A stretch of DNA of 64,000 nucleotides from Salegentibacter sp. (lineage in GTDB: Bacteria; Bacteroidota; Bacteroidia; Flavobacteriales; Flavobacteriaceae), in assembly GCA_024635795.1 (NCBI GenBank), contig JAGXIH010000023.1, forward strand, positions 10,441-74,440, written 5' to 3'. How positions within the stretch are numbered: the stretch's first letter is position 1; the number at the start of each line of letters is the position of its first letter. The position numbers and the translations under genes were made by a program. The notes beneath the pieces were generated by a model, which worked only from the letters and a program-made list of their open reading frames with translations, had not been told where the DNA came from and did not search any database. Below are positions 42,755 to 51,576 of the stretch, piece after piece.

Positions 42755-43891
42755 TTAAAAGTTTTTTCTGAAAAAGGATTTTATGAAATCAAAGCTGTAC
42801 AGCGAAATCATGATTTTTAAATCTTCGGAAAAAGTGGTCTCCTCGTCCAGATAGCTGAAGATCTCTTCAGGAGTATTTTTGGTGTAGAATTTCGTAAAGA
42901 TATCTTCCCCTTTTTCATTATTATTGGCTAGTACATCGAGAAAAATCCCATCGTAGCTTTTAAATTTTTTATTGATAAGGCCTTCCGCCGGTGGTTTTCC
43001 ACTTTTGAGATTATCAATAATCTTTCTAACCCTCTTCTGCGTATTTATGAAGGAATAGCCGGTTGAAGCTTTTACCCAACCCCCGCCGGTTCCTATCTTT
43101 GTGATATTGGAAGTGTTTCCTTCTTCAAAAGGAAAATCCGTCATAGGGATTATACCTGCTTCAGTGTTCCCGATGCTGTAATCTTTTATCTTAAGAATTT
43201 CTTCCACATAGCGCTTAAGCATTTCGTCATAAACGCTTTCTTCAGTTAAAAACGGCGTAAAGAAAGTGAATTCTATAAGTGCTTTGGTTTTTGAAACCGG
43301 TAAAACATAAGTAAAAGCTGTAGTATCTTTATATTTCAGGCGGTAATCCATCATCGTAAATTCTTCAGCAGAAAAAACGGGCTCCGGAGTTTTAATTTCC
43401 CAACCCTTAAAATGCTGATAGATTAAAGTGTGTTTTCCTTCTTCCAGATATTCTGGATCCACACGGCTGTCGAAGAAATGGGTTGCGGTATAATTATTAA
43501 ACTTCCCTGAAGCTTGCCGGGTAACAGGATCTATTTCTGAAATTTCATCCCGAATCAATTTTATATCATTTGATGCCTCCAGCTCCTGGAGGATCTCCCT
43601 GTAAAAATCTTCAGCTTTTATCATTTTATACTGGTAGGGCTCCAGCTCCAGCTTTTTATTTATTTCAGAAGTGATAAACCGACCATTTTTCCAGGTTTTG
43701 GAAACCAGGTACTCCCATTGTCCTTCTCCTTTCTCCCAGAAACACCAGGTCTTGGTGGGGGTTTTAAAATCTGGGTCTATTACTGCAATCTGTTTTCCTT
43801 TAAAAAAAATATCCCGGCTAAGTTGCCGGGCGAGCTGCAATCCTGCGAGTCCTCCTCCTACAATTACATAAAAATATTTAGGTACCTGCAT
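42755..43891 (-). CDS. crtY: Lycopene beta-cyclase
   Basis: FAD-binding GGGLAG, TWCFW, MMDYR, FTYVLP and KASTGYSF motifs. Lies downstream of crtZ. Confidence 0.85.
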   Translation of the reverse strand: MQVPKYFYVIVGGGLAGLQLARQLSRDIFFKGKQIAVIDPDFKTPTKTWCFWEKGEGQWEYLVSKTWKNGRFITSEINKKLELEPYQYKMIKAEDFYREILQELEASNDIKLIRDEISEIDPVTRQASGKFNNYTATHFFDSRVDPEYLEEGKHTLIYQHFKGWEIKTPEPVFSAEEFTMMDYRLKYKDTTAFTYVLPVSKTKALIEFTFFTPFLTEESVYDEMLKRYVEEILKIKDYSIGNTEAGIIPMTDFPFEEGNTSNITKIGTGGGWVKASTGYSFINTQKRVRKIIDNLKSGKPPAEGLINKKFKSYDGIFLDVLANNNEKGEDIFTKFYTKNTPEEIFSYLDEETTFSEDLKIMISLYSFDFIKSFFRKNF

Positions 43892-43917
43892 AGCATTGTA
43901 ACGACAGAAAGTGGAAG

Positions 43918-44367
43918 TTATTTTTTGAAATATTTAAAAGGTACCCACAACATCCCAAAACATTCTCCGTCTTCTTTGTCCAGGTGTTTATGGTGCATTT
44001 TGTGAGCTCGTCTTATGCCTTTTGCAAAACGGTTATTCGCATTACGAAAGATCTTAAAACGCTGATGAATAAAAATATCGTGAACGGTAAAATAAGTGAT
44101 TCCGTAAGCCAGGATTCCAAGGCCCACAGGTAAACCAAACCATATCCCTTCATATCTCCACAAGAGGAAAAATCCTATACTTACTAAAGCATAAAAGATG
44201 AAAAAGAGATCGTTTCGCTCCCACCAGTGGCTGTGATCTTTACGATGATGATCTTTATGCAATGACCATAGGACACCATGCATAATATATTTATGAGTAA
44301 ACCAGGCCATTCCTTCCATAATCATGAAAGTGCCCAGAAAAACTGCTATCCAGAGTAATATGCTCAT
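43918..44367 (-). CDS. crtZ: Beta-carotene hydroxylase
   Basis: His boxes HKYIMHG, HKDHH, HDIFIHQR and HKMHH. Confidence 0.93.
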   Translation of the reverse strand: MSILLWIAVFLGTFMIMEGMAWFTHKYIMHGVLWSLHKDHHRKDHSHWWERNDLFFIFYALVSIGFFLLWRYEGIWFGLPVGLGILAYGITYFTVHDIFIHQRFKIFRNANNRFAKGIRRAHKMHHKHLDKEDGECFGMLWVPFKYFKK

Positions 44368-44368
44368 T

Positions 44369-45208
44369 TTAAAGTAAATTTAATCTATATGAAATATACG
44401 ATTTTGCGAGCAAACCTACCTTCTGATAATCAGAAACTCTTATTCGACGGTTTTTTATTTCCATTGGCGGAGTTTTCTTTAGTTTATGAAGCAATTTCTT
44501 ATAGTACATAAATGCGGTATATACTCCAAATTTGGCTTCTACGGGTAATTTAGCAATGCCCTCATAACCTTTCCTGAAATCGCTGTCTATTTCATCTATT
44601 ATTTGTTTTTTTCCCGCTTCATCCAGCTGTGCCAGGTTGGTGTGTGGAAAATAGCTCCGACTTAGATCTTCGTAATCTGCTTTGAGGTCTCGAAGAAAAT
44701 TCACCTTTTGAAAGGCGGAGCCCAAGCTCATTGCTGAATCTTTTAAAGCTTCAAACTTTACAGGATCTCCTTTAACAAAGACTTTAAGACACATAAGCCC
44801 AACCACATCTGCACTTCCGTAGATGTATTCCTTGTAATCGTCAAAACTTTTATATTCCGTTTTATAAAGGTCCTGCCGCATACTTTTCATAAAAGCATTA
44901 TATAAAGAAGCTTCAATATTATATTTGTGTACCGTTTCCTGGAACGCGTTGAGGATTGGGTTCAGGCATATTTTGTTATCAATAGCCAGATGAAGGTCCC
45001 GTTCAAAATCATTAAAGAGTTTTTCTTTATCATAATCGTGAAAACTATCTACGATCTCATCTGCCAGTCGCACAAAACCATAAATGTTGTAAACATCCTG
45101 TCTTATGGAAGGTGCCAGCATTCGGGTAGCCGTAGAAAAGGAGGTGCTATAGGCGTGAGTCACGCACTTACTACAGGTGTGGGAAAGGGTGTCGAAAATT
45201 GTTTTCAT
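44369..45208 (-). CDS. crtB: Phytoene synthase
   Basis: YSTSF, RLADEIVD and NFLRDLKAD motifs. Confidence 0.95.
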   Translation of the reverse strand: MKTIFDTLSHTCSKCVTHAYSTSFSTATRMLAPSIRQDVYNIYGFVRLADEIVDSFHDYDKEKLFNDFERDLHLAIDNKICLNPILNAFQETVHKYNIEASLYNAFMKSMRQDLYKTEYKSFDDYKEYIYGSADVVGLMCLKVFVKGDPVKFEALKDSAMSLGSAFQKVNFLRDLKADYEDLSRSYFPHTNLAQLDEAGKKQIIDEIDSDFRKGYEGIAKLPVEAKFGVYTAFMYYKKLLHKLKKTPPMEIKNRRIRVSDYQKVGLLAKSYISYRLNLL

Positions 45209-45210
45209 AG

Positions 45211-46674
45211 CTATTTTTTTGAATTTTGAATAAGGCCTGCAGCTAATTTTCCTGAAATTAGCGAAGGAGGTACTCCAGGGCCGGGAACAGTTAACTGACC
45301 GGTGAAAAACAGGTTATGAACCTTTTTGCTTTTTAGTTTAGGCCTTAAAAACGCCGTTTGAAAAAGCGTGTTGGCCAGACCGTAGGCATTTCCTTTATAT
45401 GAATTATATTCTTTCTTGAAATCTAACACGCAAAAAGATTCCCGAAACAGAATATGATCGATTACTTTCTGTTGAGTAATATTTTCAAATCTGGAAATTA
45501 TCTTTTGGAAATATTTTTCTCTTATTTCTTCTGAATCCTCTACATCGGGAGCAAGGGGAATTAAGAATATTCCGGCTTCTTTGCCTTTAGGCGCCGCTGA
45601 TGCATCTGTAACAGAAGGAAAACTCGCATAAAAAAGAGGGTCTTCGGGCCATTTGGCATCATCGTATATAGCACGGGCATGCTTTTCAAAGTCAGTATCA
45701 AAAAAGAGACTGTGGTGGGTGATGTTGGCCAGTTTTTTATCAAATCCTACATAGAATAGCAGGGAAGATGGCGCAAAAGTTTTTTTCTCCCAGTAGGATT
45801 CAGGATACTGCCTGTTGTCTTTTGGTAAAAGGGTTTCGGTATGGTGATAATCGGCACCGCTTAGAATGTAATCACTCTGTATGCGTTCCCCGTTAACAAG
45901 GATTCCTGTAGCCGTATTGTTTTTTACAAATATTTTTTCGGCAGGTGCACTGGTGTTTAATTTTACTCCCAGGGAAATGGCGAGTTGCTCGATACCTTCA
46001 ATCACCTTGTACATTCCGCCTTTTGGATGCCAGGTGCCCAGGCCAAAATCGGCATAGTTCATAAAGCTGTAAAATGCCGGCGTATTGCTGGCTTTAGCTC
46101 CAAGGAATAGAACCGGAAATTCCAGGATCTGAATTAATTTGGGATTTTTAAACTCCTTTCGGACTTCCTTTGAGATCGTGCTGAAAAAAGTTCTGAGTTT
46201 TTTTGCTGTGGCTGGTGTCACCAATTCCAAAGGAGAAACTCCAGGACGATATACCAGGTCTTTGATCGCTATATTATAATTATCCAGGGCTTCATCGATG
46301 AATTTCTCCAGCTTTACAGCACTGCCGGGTTCCTCTGTTTCAAATGCTTTGTAGATCTTTTTCAGTGTATCTTCAATAGTTATACTGTCCTCTTTTCCGA
46401 AGAAAACCTTATAGGCCGGATTGAGTTTTTCCAGCTCATAGAAATCAGCTGGAGTTTTTCCGAAATCGGCGAAAAAACGATCAAAAACATCGGGCATCCA
46501 GTACCAGGTTGGGCCAATATCGAAAGTAAAACCTTCCTTTTTTAACTGCCTGGCGCGGCCGCCAATAGTTTTATTTTTTTCAAAAATCTCCACCTCATAG
46601 CCATCCCGTGCCAAATAGCAGGCGGCGGCAAGGGAGGCAAAGCCCGAACCAATTATAGAAACTGTTTTTTTCAT
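45211..46674 (-). CDS. crtI: Phytoene desaturase
   Basis: IIGSGFASL, GGRAR, FDIGPTW and PGPGVPP motifs. Confidence 0.95.
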   Translation of the reverse strand: MKKTVSIIGSGFASLAAACYLARDGYEVEIFEKNKTIGGRARQLKKEGFTFDIGPTWYWMPDVFDRFFADFGKTPADFYELEKLNPAYKVFFGKEDSITIEDTLKKIYKAFETEEPGSAVKLEKFIDEALDNYNIAIKDLVYRPGVSPLELVTPATAKKLRTFFSTISKEVRKEFKNPKLIQILEFPVLFLGAKASNTPAFYSFMNYADFGLGTWHPKGGMYKVIEGIEQLAISLGVKLNTSAPAEKIFVKNNTATGILVNGERIQSDYILSGADYHHTETLLPKDNRQYPESYWEKKTFAPSSLLFYVGFDKKLANITHHSLFFDTDFEKHARAIYDDAKWPEDPLFYASFPSVTDASAAPKGKEAGIFLIPLAPDVEDSEEIREKYFQKIISRFENITQQKVIDHILFRESFCVLDFKKEYNSYKGNAYGLANTLFQTAFLRPKLKSKKVHNLFFTGQLTVPGPGVPPSLISGKLAAGLIQNSKK

Positions 46675-47564
46675 AGACTTAAAAGGAACTGGTTGAGATT
46701 ATCGAAGGTTTTGATAAATGGGGGGAAGTTTTGGGTATCTACGTCTTTTAATTTTTGCCCGAATAAAAGGAGCTCATAATTCTTTTTCTGACAAACCTGT
46801 TTTTCAAATTCCTTTATAAATGTGTTAATATCTACTGGGGAAGTGGTGAAATAGCTCAAAAAACAAATGTCCTCATGACGTTCCATAAGGTAACTCAGGT
46901 CTGAAAGTGGAAGGCTTGGACCCAGATAGATCGCGTTTCTATGATTGTAGATCAATTCATAGTATAGATAAATGATGCCAATGTCATGAATTTCATTTTC
47001 CGGGAGGAAGAGTACATAGAGTCGATCTCTTGTTGGTTTATTGGTCTTTTTGATCTCTGCAAGGTGGAGATAGATCTTTTGCTTAATGAGATCTACTATA
47101 AAGTGTTCGTGAATAGGTTTAATGGTATCGGTCTGCCAAAGCACTCCTATATTACCAAGAAAGGGAAGAAAAACCTGGTGGAATACCTCTCTGAAACTTT
47201 TATCTTTTCGCAGGCCTTCATAAGTTTGATTGAAAAGCTCTTCATCAAAATTTATCATTGAAAGTTTAAGTGCATTCAGGGCTCTGTTTTCGGTACTGGC
47301 CTTTGCATTTATGTTTCTCACCATCTTATTGATTTCCTCATCATTTAATTTAGAAATGCGGGAAATCTTATAGCCATGTTCGTTAAGAAAGGAAATATTC
47401 AGAAGCTTCTGTAGGTTAGAACTATCATAAGTTCTTATATTAGTAGCAGTACGATCGGGATTGAGAATATTGTATCTTTTTTCCCAAATTCTTATCGTGT
47501 GCGCCTTGATTCCAGTTAAATTTTCAAGGTCTTTGATGCTAAAGTTCTGTTTTATTAATTCCAT
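46671..47564 (-). CDS. CarH/LitR-type MerR regulator with B12-binding domain
   Basis: MerR HTH (TIRIWEKRY), W-x9-EH (WQTDTIKPIHEH) and E-x-H-x2-G (EIHDIG). Overlaps the crtI start. Confidence 0.9.
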   Translation of the reverse strand: MELIKQNFSIKDLENLTGIKAHTIRIWEKRYNILNPDRTATNIRTYDSSNLQKLLNISFLNEHGYKISRISKLNDEEINKMVRNINAKASTENRALNALKLSMINFDEELFNQTYEGLRKDKSFREVFHQVFLPFLGNIGVLWQTDTIKPIHEHFIVDLIKQKIYLHLAEIKKTNKPTRDRLYVLFLPENEIHDIGIIYLYYELIYNHRNAIYLGPSLPLSDLSYLMERHEDICFLSYFTTSPVDINTFIKEFEKQVCQKKNYELLLFGQKLKDVDTQNFPPFIKTFDNLNQFLLSL

Positions 47565-47673
47565 AGTAATTTAAAGATAAACAAATCTAAATAATATTTG
47601 AATTAGAACTAATTATCAAAACGTTAAAATGTTTAATTATATAGTTAAATTACTAAACAAAATAGTTTAAAGA

Positions 47674-48477
47674 ATGACTAAAATTAAGTCGAGTTGTGTG
47701 CTAATAACCGGTGGAGCCTCCGGAATTGGTAGGATTATGGGCCGGGAGGTTCTTGATAAAGGAGGGAAATTGATAATTTGGGATCTTGATGGCATAAAGC
47801 TCAGAGAAACACGGGACGAGCTGGTAGCTATAGGCGAAGTGCATACTTTTGAAATTGATATTACCAATGAACAGAAGGTAAAGGAACTTGCGGCTAAAAT
47901 TCGGGATGAAATCGGCCCTGTGGATATCCTGATCAATAATGCCGGGATTGTATATGGAGGCAACTTTCACGAATCTACTCCCGAAGCGATCAATAAAACT
48001 ATGGCTGTTAATGCCCTCGCGCCAATGCATCTTACACAGGAGTTTTTACCCGGAATGATCTCCAGAAAGTTTGGGCATATTTGTAATATAGCCTCTTCTG
48101 CAGGATTGGTTTCGAACCCAAAAATGGCGATATATGCCGGAAGCAAATGGGCTTGTACCGGTTGGTCTGATAGTTTGAGGCTTGAAATGAAGGCTTTGAA
48201 AACCGGAGTAGGCGTCACCACGGTTACTCCCTATTATATAAACACAGGTATGTTTGACGGTGTGAAATCTTTTATTCCGATTTTAAAGGAAGAAAAGGTA
48301 GCTGCAAAAGTTATAAAAGCTATTGAGAAAGACAGGATTTTCCTGAGTATGCCCTGGAGTATGCGGTTTATAAGATTTTCTCAGGGACTGTTTCCCATCT
48401 GGTTTTATGATTGGTTTGTGGGTAAGGTTTTGGGAGTTTATAAAACAATGGATGAATTTAAAGGTAGAAGCAATTAA
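47674..48477 (+). CDS. Short-chain dehydrogenase (retinol dehydrogenase/17beta-HSD11-like)
   Basis: TGGASGIG, NNAG, YAGSK and PYYINTGMF motifs. Confidence 0.9.
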   Translation: MTKIKSSCVLITGGASGIGRIMGREVLDKGGKLIIWDLDGIKLRETRDELVAIGEVHTFEIDITNEQKVKELAAKIRDEIGPVDILINNAGIVYGGNFHESTPEAINKTMAVNALAPMHLTQEFLPGMISRKFGHICNIASSAGLVSNPKMAIYAGSKWACTGWSDSLRLEMKALKTGVGVTTVTPYYINTGMFDGVKSFIPILKEEKVAAKVIKAIEKDRIFLSMPWSMRFIRFSQGLFPIWFYDWFVGKVLGVYKTMDEFKGRSN

Positions 48478-48481
48478 TAAT

Positions 48482-49861
48482 ATGGAAGAAACATCGGGAA
48501 CTAAAATTGAAGCAATTTTTAAAGGTCAAAAAAATTTTTTTGAAACTCACCGGACTAAAGAGGTATCCTTTAGAGTCGAACAACTAAAGATCCTCAAAAA
48601 GGCTGTTTTAAGTTATGAAGATCGAATATATGAAGCCCTGGCCAGGGATCTTAATAAAAGTAAGGAGGAAGCATTTTTAACCGAGGTGAGTATCGTTCTG
48701 CAGGAAATAGATTTTCATCTTAAAAAACTTAAAGGCTGGGCCAGGCCCAAGAAAGTATCATCTCCATTGGTGCTCTTTCCCTCAAGATCTAAAATCCTGT
48801 ATGAACCTTTGGGCGTAGGTCTTATTATTTCTCCCTGGAATTATCCTTTTCAGCTTAGTCTTAATCCCCTTGTTGGTGCGATTTCTTCAGGTTGTTGTGC
48901 AGTTTTAAAACCTTCTCCCGATTCACCAAATACTTCCAGGGTAATGGAAGAAATGATCAAAGAATATTTTCCTTCAGAATATATAAGCCTGGTGCAGGGA
49001 GGAAAAGAAACCAATCAGGCCCTTTTTGATTTTCCTTTTGATATTATCTTCTTCACAGGAAGTTCCAGGGTTGGAAAAATAGTGATGAAAGCAGCAGCAG
49101 AACATCTGAGTAAGGTAGTGCTGGAACTGGGTGGGAAAAGCCCCTGTATTGTAGATAAAGATGCTAACCTTGATCTGGCCGCAAAGCGCATTGCCTGGGG
49201 AAAAACAATTAATGCAGGCCAAACCTGTATCGCTCCCGATTATCTTTTAGTTCAAAGTTCAGTTAAAGAAGAATTACTGAAAAAGATTGTGGAAGCCTTT
49301 AAAGACATGTATGGTGAAAAGATAAAGGACAGCAAGCACTACGCAAGAATTATAACTGATAATGCATTTGAGAGGCTTACCGGGTATTTAGATGGTAATG
49401 ATGTTTATAATGGGAAAGATGTTGATGCGGAGACCCGATTCATAAGTCCTGCAATCCTGGACAAGGTGGGGCCTGAAGATCAAATAATGCAGGAAGAGAT
49501 ATTCGGACCAATCCTTCCGGTAATGGAATTTGAAGATACTTCTAATGCCATAGCCCATATAAATGCAAACAGAAAACCTTTGGCATTATATTATTTTGGA
49601 GGTAAAGGAAAAGCGAATGAAGTTCTTAATAAAACAAGTTCGGGGGGAGCTTGTATAAATGATACCTTACTGCATATAGCGAATCATAAAATTCCTTTTG
49701 GTGGAGTGGGGCATAGTGGTATGGGGAATTATCACGGTTATAAAAGCTTTTTGGCTTTCAGTCATGAAAGAGCAGTGGTTAGCTCCTCTACACTAATAGA
49801 TCTAAGCTTAAAATATCCACCTTACCGTTTCTTTGGTGTTATAAAAAAAATACTGGGATAA
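48482..49861 (+). CDS. Aldehyde dehydrogenase (ALDH3/YwdH-like)
   Basis: PWNYP, FTGS, LELGGKSP, NAGQTC and EEIFGP motifs. ATG 48482 lies 4 nt after the SDR stop. Confidence 0.93.
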   Translation: MEETSGTKIEAIFKGQKNFFETHRTKEVSFRVEQLKILKKAVLSYEDRIYEALARDLNKSKEEAFLTEVSIVLQEIDFHLKKLKGWARPKKVSSPLVLFPSRSKILYEPLGVGLIISPWNYPFQLSLNPLVGAISSGCCAVLKPSPDSPNTSRVMEEMIKEYFPSEYISLVQGGKETNQALFDFPFDIIFFTGSSRVGKIVMKAAAEHLSKVVLELGGKSPCIVDKDANLDLAAKRIAWGKTINAGQTCIAPDYLLVQSSVKEELLKKIVEAFKDMYGEKIKDSKHYARIITDNAFERLTGYLDGNDVYNGKDVDAETRFISPAILDKVGPEDQIMQEEIFGPILPVMEFEDTSNAIAHINANRKPLALYYFGGKGKANEVLNKTSSGGACINDTLLHIANHKIPFGGVGHSGMGNYHGYKSFLAFSHERAVVSSSTLIDLSLKYPPYRFFGVIKKILG

Positions 49862-49878
49862 AAAGGAAGTGAAAAAAG

Positions 49879-49962
49879 TGCCCGGAGCGGGAGTCGAACC
49901 CGCACGCCCTAATGGACACATGGCCCTCAACCATGCCTGTCTACCAGTTCCAGCACCCGGGC
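49879..49962 (-). tRNA. tRNA-Leu(GAG)
   Basis: Cloverleaf with a long variable arm, anticodon arm CATGG-TTGAGGG-CCATG and T-loop GGTTCGACTCC. CCA is not encoded. Confidence 0.95.
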
Positions 49963-50064
49963 AAAAGCAGGATTCGAAAATCTAACTTTCAATAGGGTTT
50001 CAGTAAAATGAATTCCAAAAGGATTCTGAACTTAATAAGTGATTTGAGTTTCCACTTAAAAATA

Positions 50065-50160
50065 TGATCTGGCTGCCCGCCCGGATGAATCCGTTCGGAC
50101 GGGGGCTTCCTTCGACTTCGCCTAATGGCTTGCTCAGGATAAACTTCTCGCCCAACATAA
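50065..50160. repeat. tRNA-linked repeat copy A (tRNA-Lys 3' remnant plus palindromic module)
   Basis: Aligns with 50283-50350 apart from a roughly 27-nt hairpin insert at 50076-50103. Confidence 0.75.
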
Positions 50161-50176
50161 TCATTATTTCAAAAAG

Positions 50177-50249
50177 TGATCTGGCTGGGGCTCGAACCCA
50201 GGACCCTCTCCTTAAAAGGGAGATGCTCTACCAACTGAGCTACCAGATC
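50177..50249 (-). tRNA. tRNA-Lys(TTT)
   Basis: 73-nt cloverleaf with anticodon arm TCTCC-CTTTTAA-GGAGA. Confidence 0.96.
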
Positions 50250-50282
50250 TGGTTTTTGCGTCTGTAAAAAGAACTTATTTTT

Positions 50283-50350
50283 TGATTTGATTGGGGCTTG
50301 CTTTGACTTCACCTATCGGCTTGCTCAAAAAACTTCTCGCCAACAAAATC
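50283..50350. repeat. tRNA-linked repeat copy B
   Basis: TGATTTGATTGGGGCTTGCTTTGACTTCACCTATCGGCTTGCTCAAAAAACTTCTCGCCAAC, a degenerate copy of 50065-50160. Confidence 0.75.
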
Positions 50351-50364
50351 TGAACATAAAAAAG

Positions 50365-50437
50365 TGATCTGGCTGGGGCTCGAACCCAGGACCCTCTCCT
50401 TAAAAGGGAGATGCTCTACCAACTGAGCTACCAGATC
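50365..50437 (-). tRNA. tRNA-Lys(TTT), identical second copy
   Basis: Identical to 50177-50249, offset by 188 bp. Confidence 0.96.
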
Positions 50438-50471
50438 AATTAGGGCATACGTCGTTTTGCGAATGCGGGTG

Positions 50472-50479
50472 CAAATATA
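50472..50479 (-). promoter_or_regulatory. -7 promoter element of the tRNA operon
   Basis: Minus strand reads TATATTTGCACCC. Confidence 0.7.
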
Positions 50480-50562
50480 CACGCATTAATTTATTTTTCA
50501 AGACTAAAATCACATAAATTTGCAATTGTTTTCAATTCATCTAAAAACGAGTAAATTAAACT

Positions 50563-51084
50563 ATGAAAATATTTCTTGCCGGATATATGGGCTCCGGAAA
50601 ATCCCTTTTGGGAAAGCAACTTGCAAAACGATTAAACCACGATTTTATTGACCTTGATGATCAGGTCGAAGTAATGGAAGGAATTAGTATCCACAATATA
50701 TTTAGTGAAAAAGGAGAACTTTATTTCCGTAAGCTGGAGACTAAAGTCCTTAAAGATGTGCTGGAAGATACGTCAGATCTTGTGGTTTCCCTGGGGGGCG
50801 GAACTCCTTGCTACGGGAAGAATCTTGAACTCATCAAGGAAACTCCCAAAACAAAAATTATTTACCTGAAGGCTTCTGTAGAAGAATTAACCCGTCGTTT
50901 GTTTCCGGAGAAAATACACAGACCTGTTATCAGCCATTTGGAAACCCGGGAAGCCCTGGAGGAATTTATCAGAAAACATATGTTTGAAAGGGGGTACTAT
51001 TACCACCAATCAGATATTATCGTAAATGTTGATAATGCTGAACCTGAAGATATTTTAAATGAGATAATGGAGAAATTAAAATAG
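50563..51084 (+). CDS. aroK: Shikimate kinase
   Basis: GYMGSGKS, DLD, GELYFRKLE and SLGGGTP motifs. Confidence 0.93.
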   Translation: MKIFLAGYMGSGKSLLGKQLAKRLNHDFIDLDDQVEVMEGISIHNIFSEKGELYFRKLETKVLKDVLEDTSDLVVSLGGGTPCYGKNLELIKETPKTKIIYLKASVEELTRRLFPEKIHRPVISHLETREALEEFIRKHMFERGYYYHQSDIIVNVDNAEPEDILNEIMEKLK

Positions 51085-51576
51085 CTCTGCTTTGTTATTT
51101 CCTTTCTCGAAAGTCAGTGTTACTGTTTCGTGAATTGATGTTGAAAGTGATATTCCCTTAAAATCGGCCTTAACCGGATATTTCTTGTGATTCCGGTCAA
51201 CAAGTACAGCTGTTTTGAATTGTTTTAAAGGGACCTCGAGAAAGTGCTTAACCCCATAAATTAGAGTGGTTCCTGAATTTAGCACGTCATCTGTAAGAAT
51301 CACCGATTTGTCCTGATAATCAGATTTTTCCAGGGAGGTTGTTATTTTGCCCAGTGGATCTTTCTTGTCGACCTTTACCTCACAAAGACTAATCTTTAAA
51401 GGTGAGATTTTTTCAAGCCAGGTTTTTAATCGTTGAGCAAACTCATAGCCGTTTTTTGAAATTCCGGCCAATACGATCTCTTTTTCTTCCAGGTTGCTTT
51501 CATAAACCTGGTAGGCAATACGCTTTATTTTATGCTGAATTTGTTCGTGGTTTAGGATCAATACACCTTTTTTCAT
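51076..51576 (-). CDS. Phosphoribosyltransferase (PyrR-like)
   Basis: VILTDDVLNSGTT and VLVDRNHKKYPVKADFKG motifs. Confidence 0.88.
   Translation of the reverse strand: MKKGVLILNHEQIQHKIKRIAYQVYESNLEEKEIVLAGISKNGYEFAQRLKTWLEKISPLKISLCEVKVDKKDPLGKITTSLEKSDYQDKSVILTDDVLNSGTTLIYGVKHFLEVPLKQFKTAVLVDRNHKKYPVKADFKGISLSTSIHETVTLTFEKGNNKAELF

Noticed and set aside
50064-50267. 67-aa ORF on the + strand
   Set aside because: It runs antisense across tRNA-Lys and the repeat module, so it is spurious.
50037-50437. Possible CRISPR array or integrated-element att sites
   Set aside because: The repeats are tRNA genes and their decayed 3' ends. There are no regular spacers, cas genes or integrase nearby.
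51076-51576. PyrR attenuation regulator
   Set aside because: The PRTase fold is clear, but no pyr operon or PyrR-binding leader is evident (the pyrD leader is very short).
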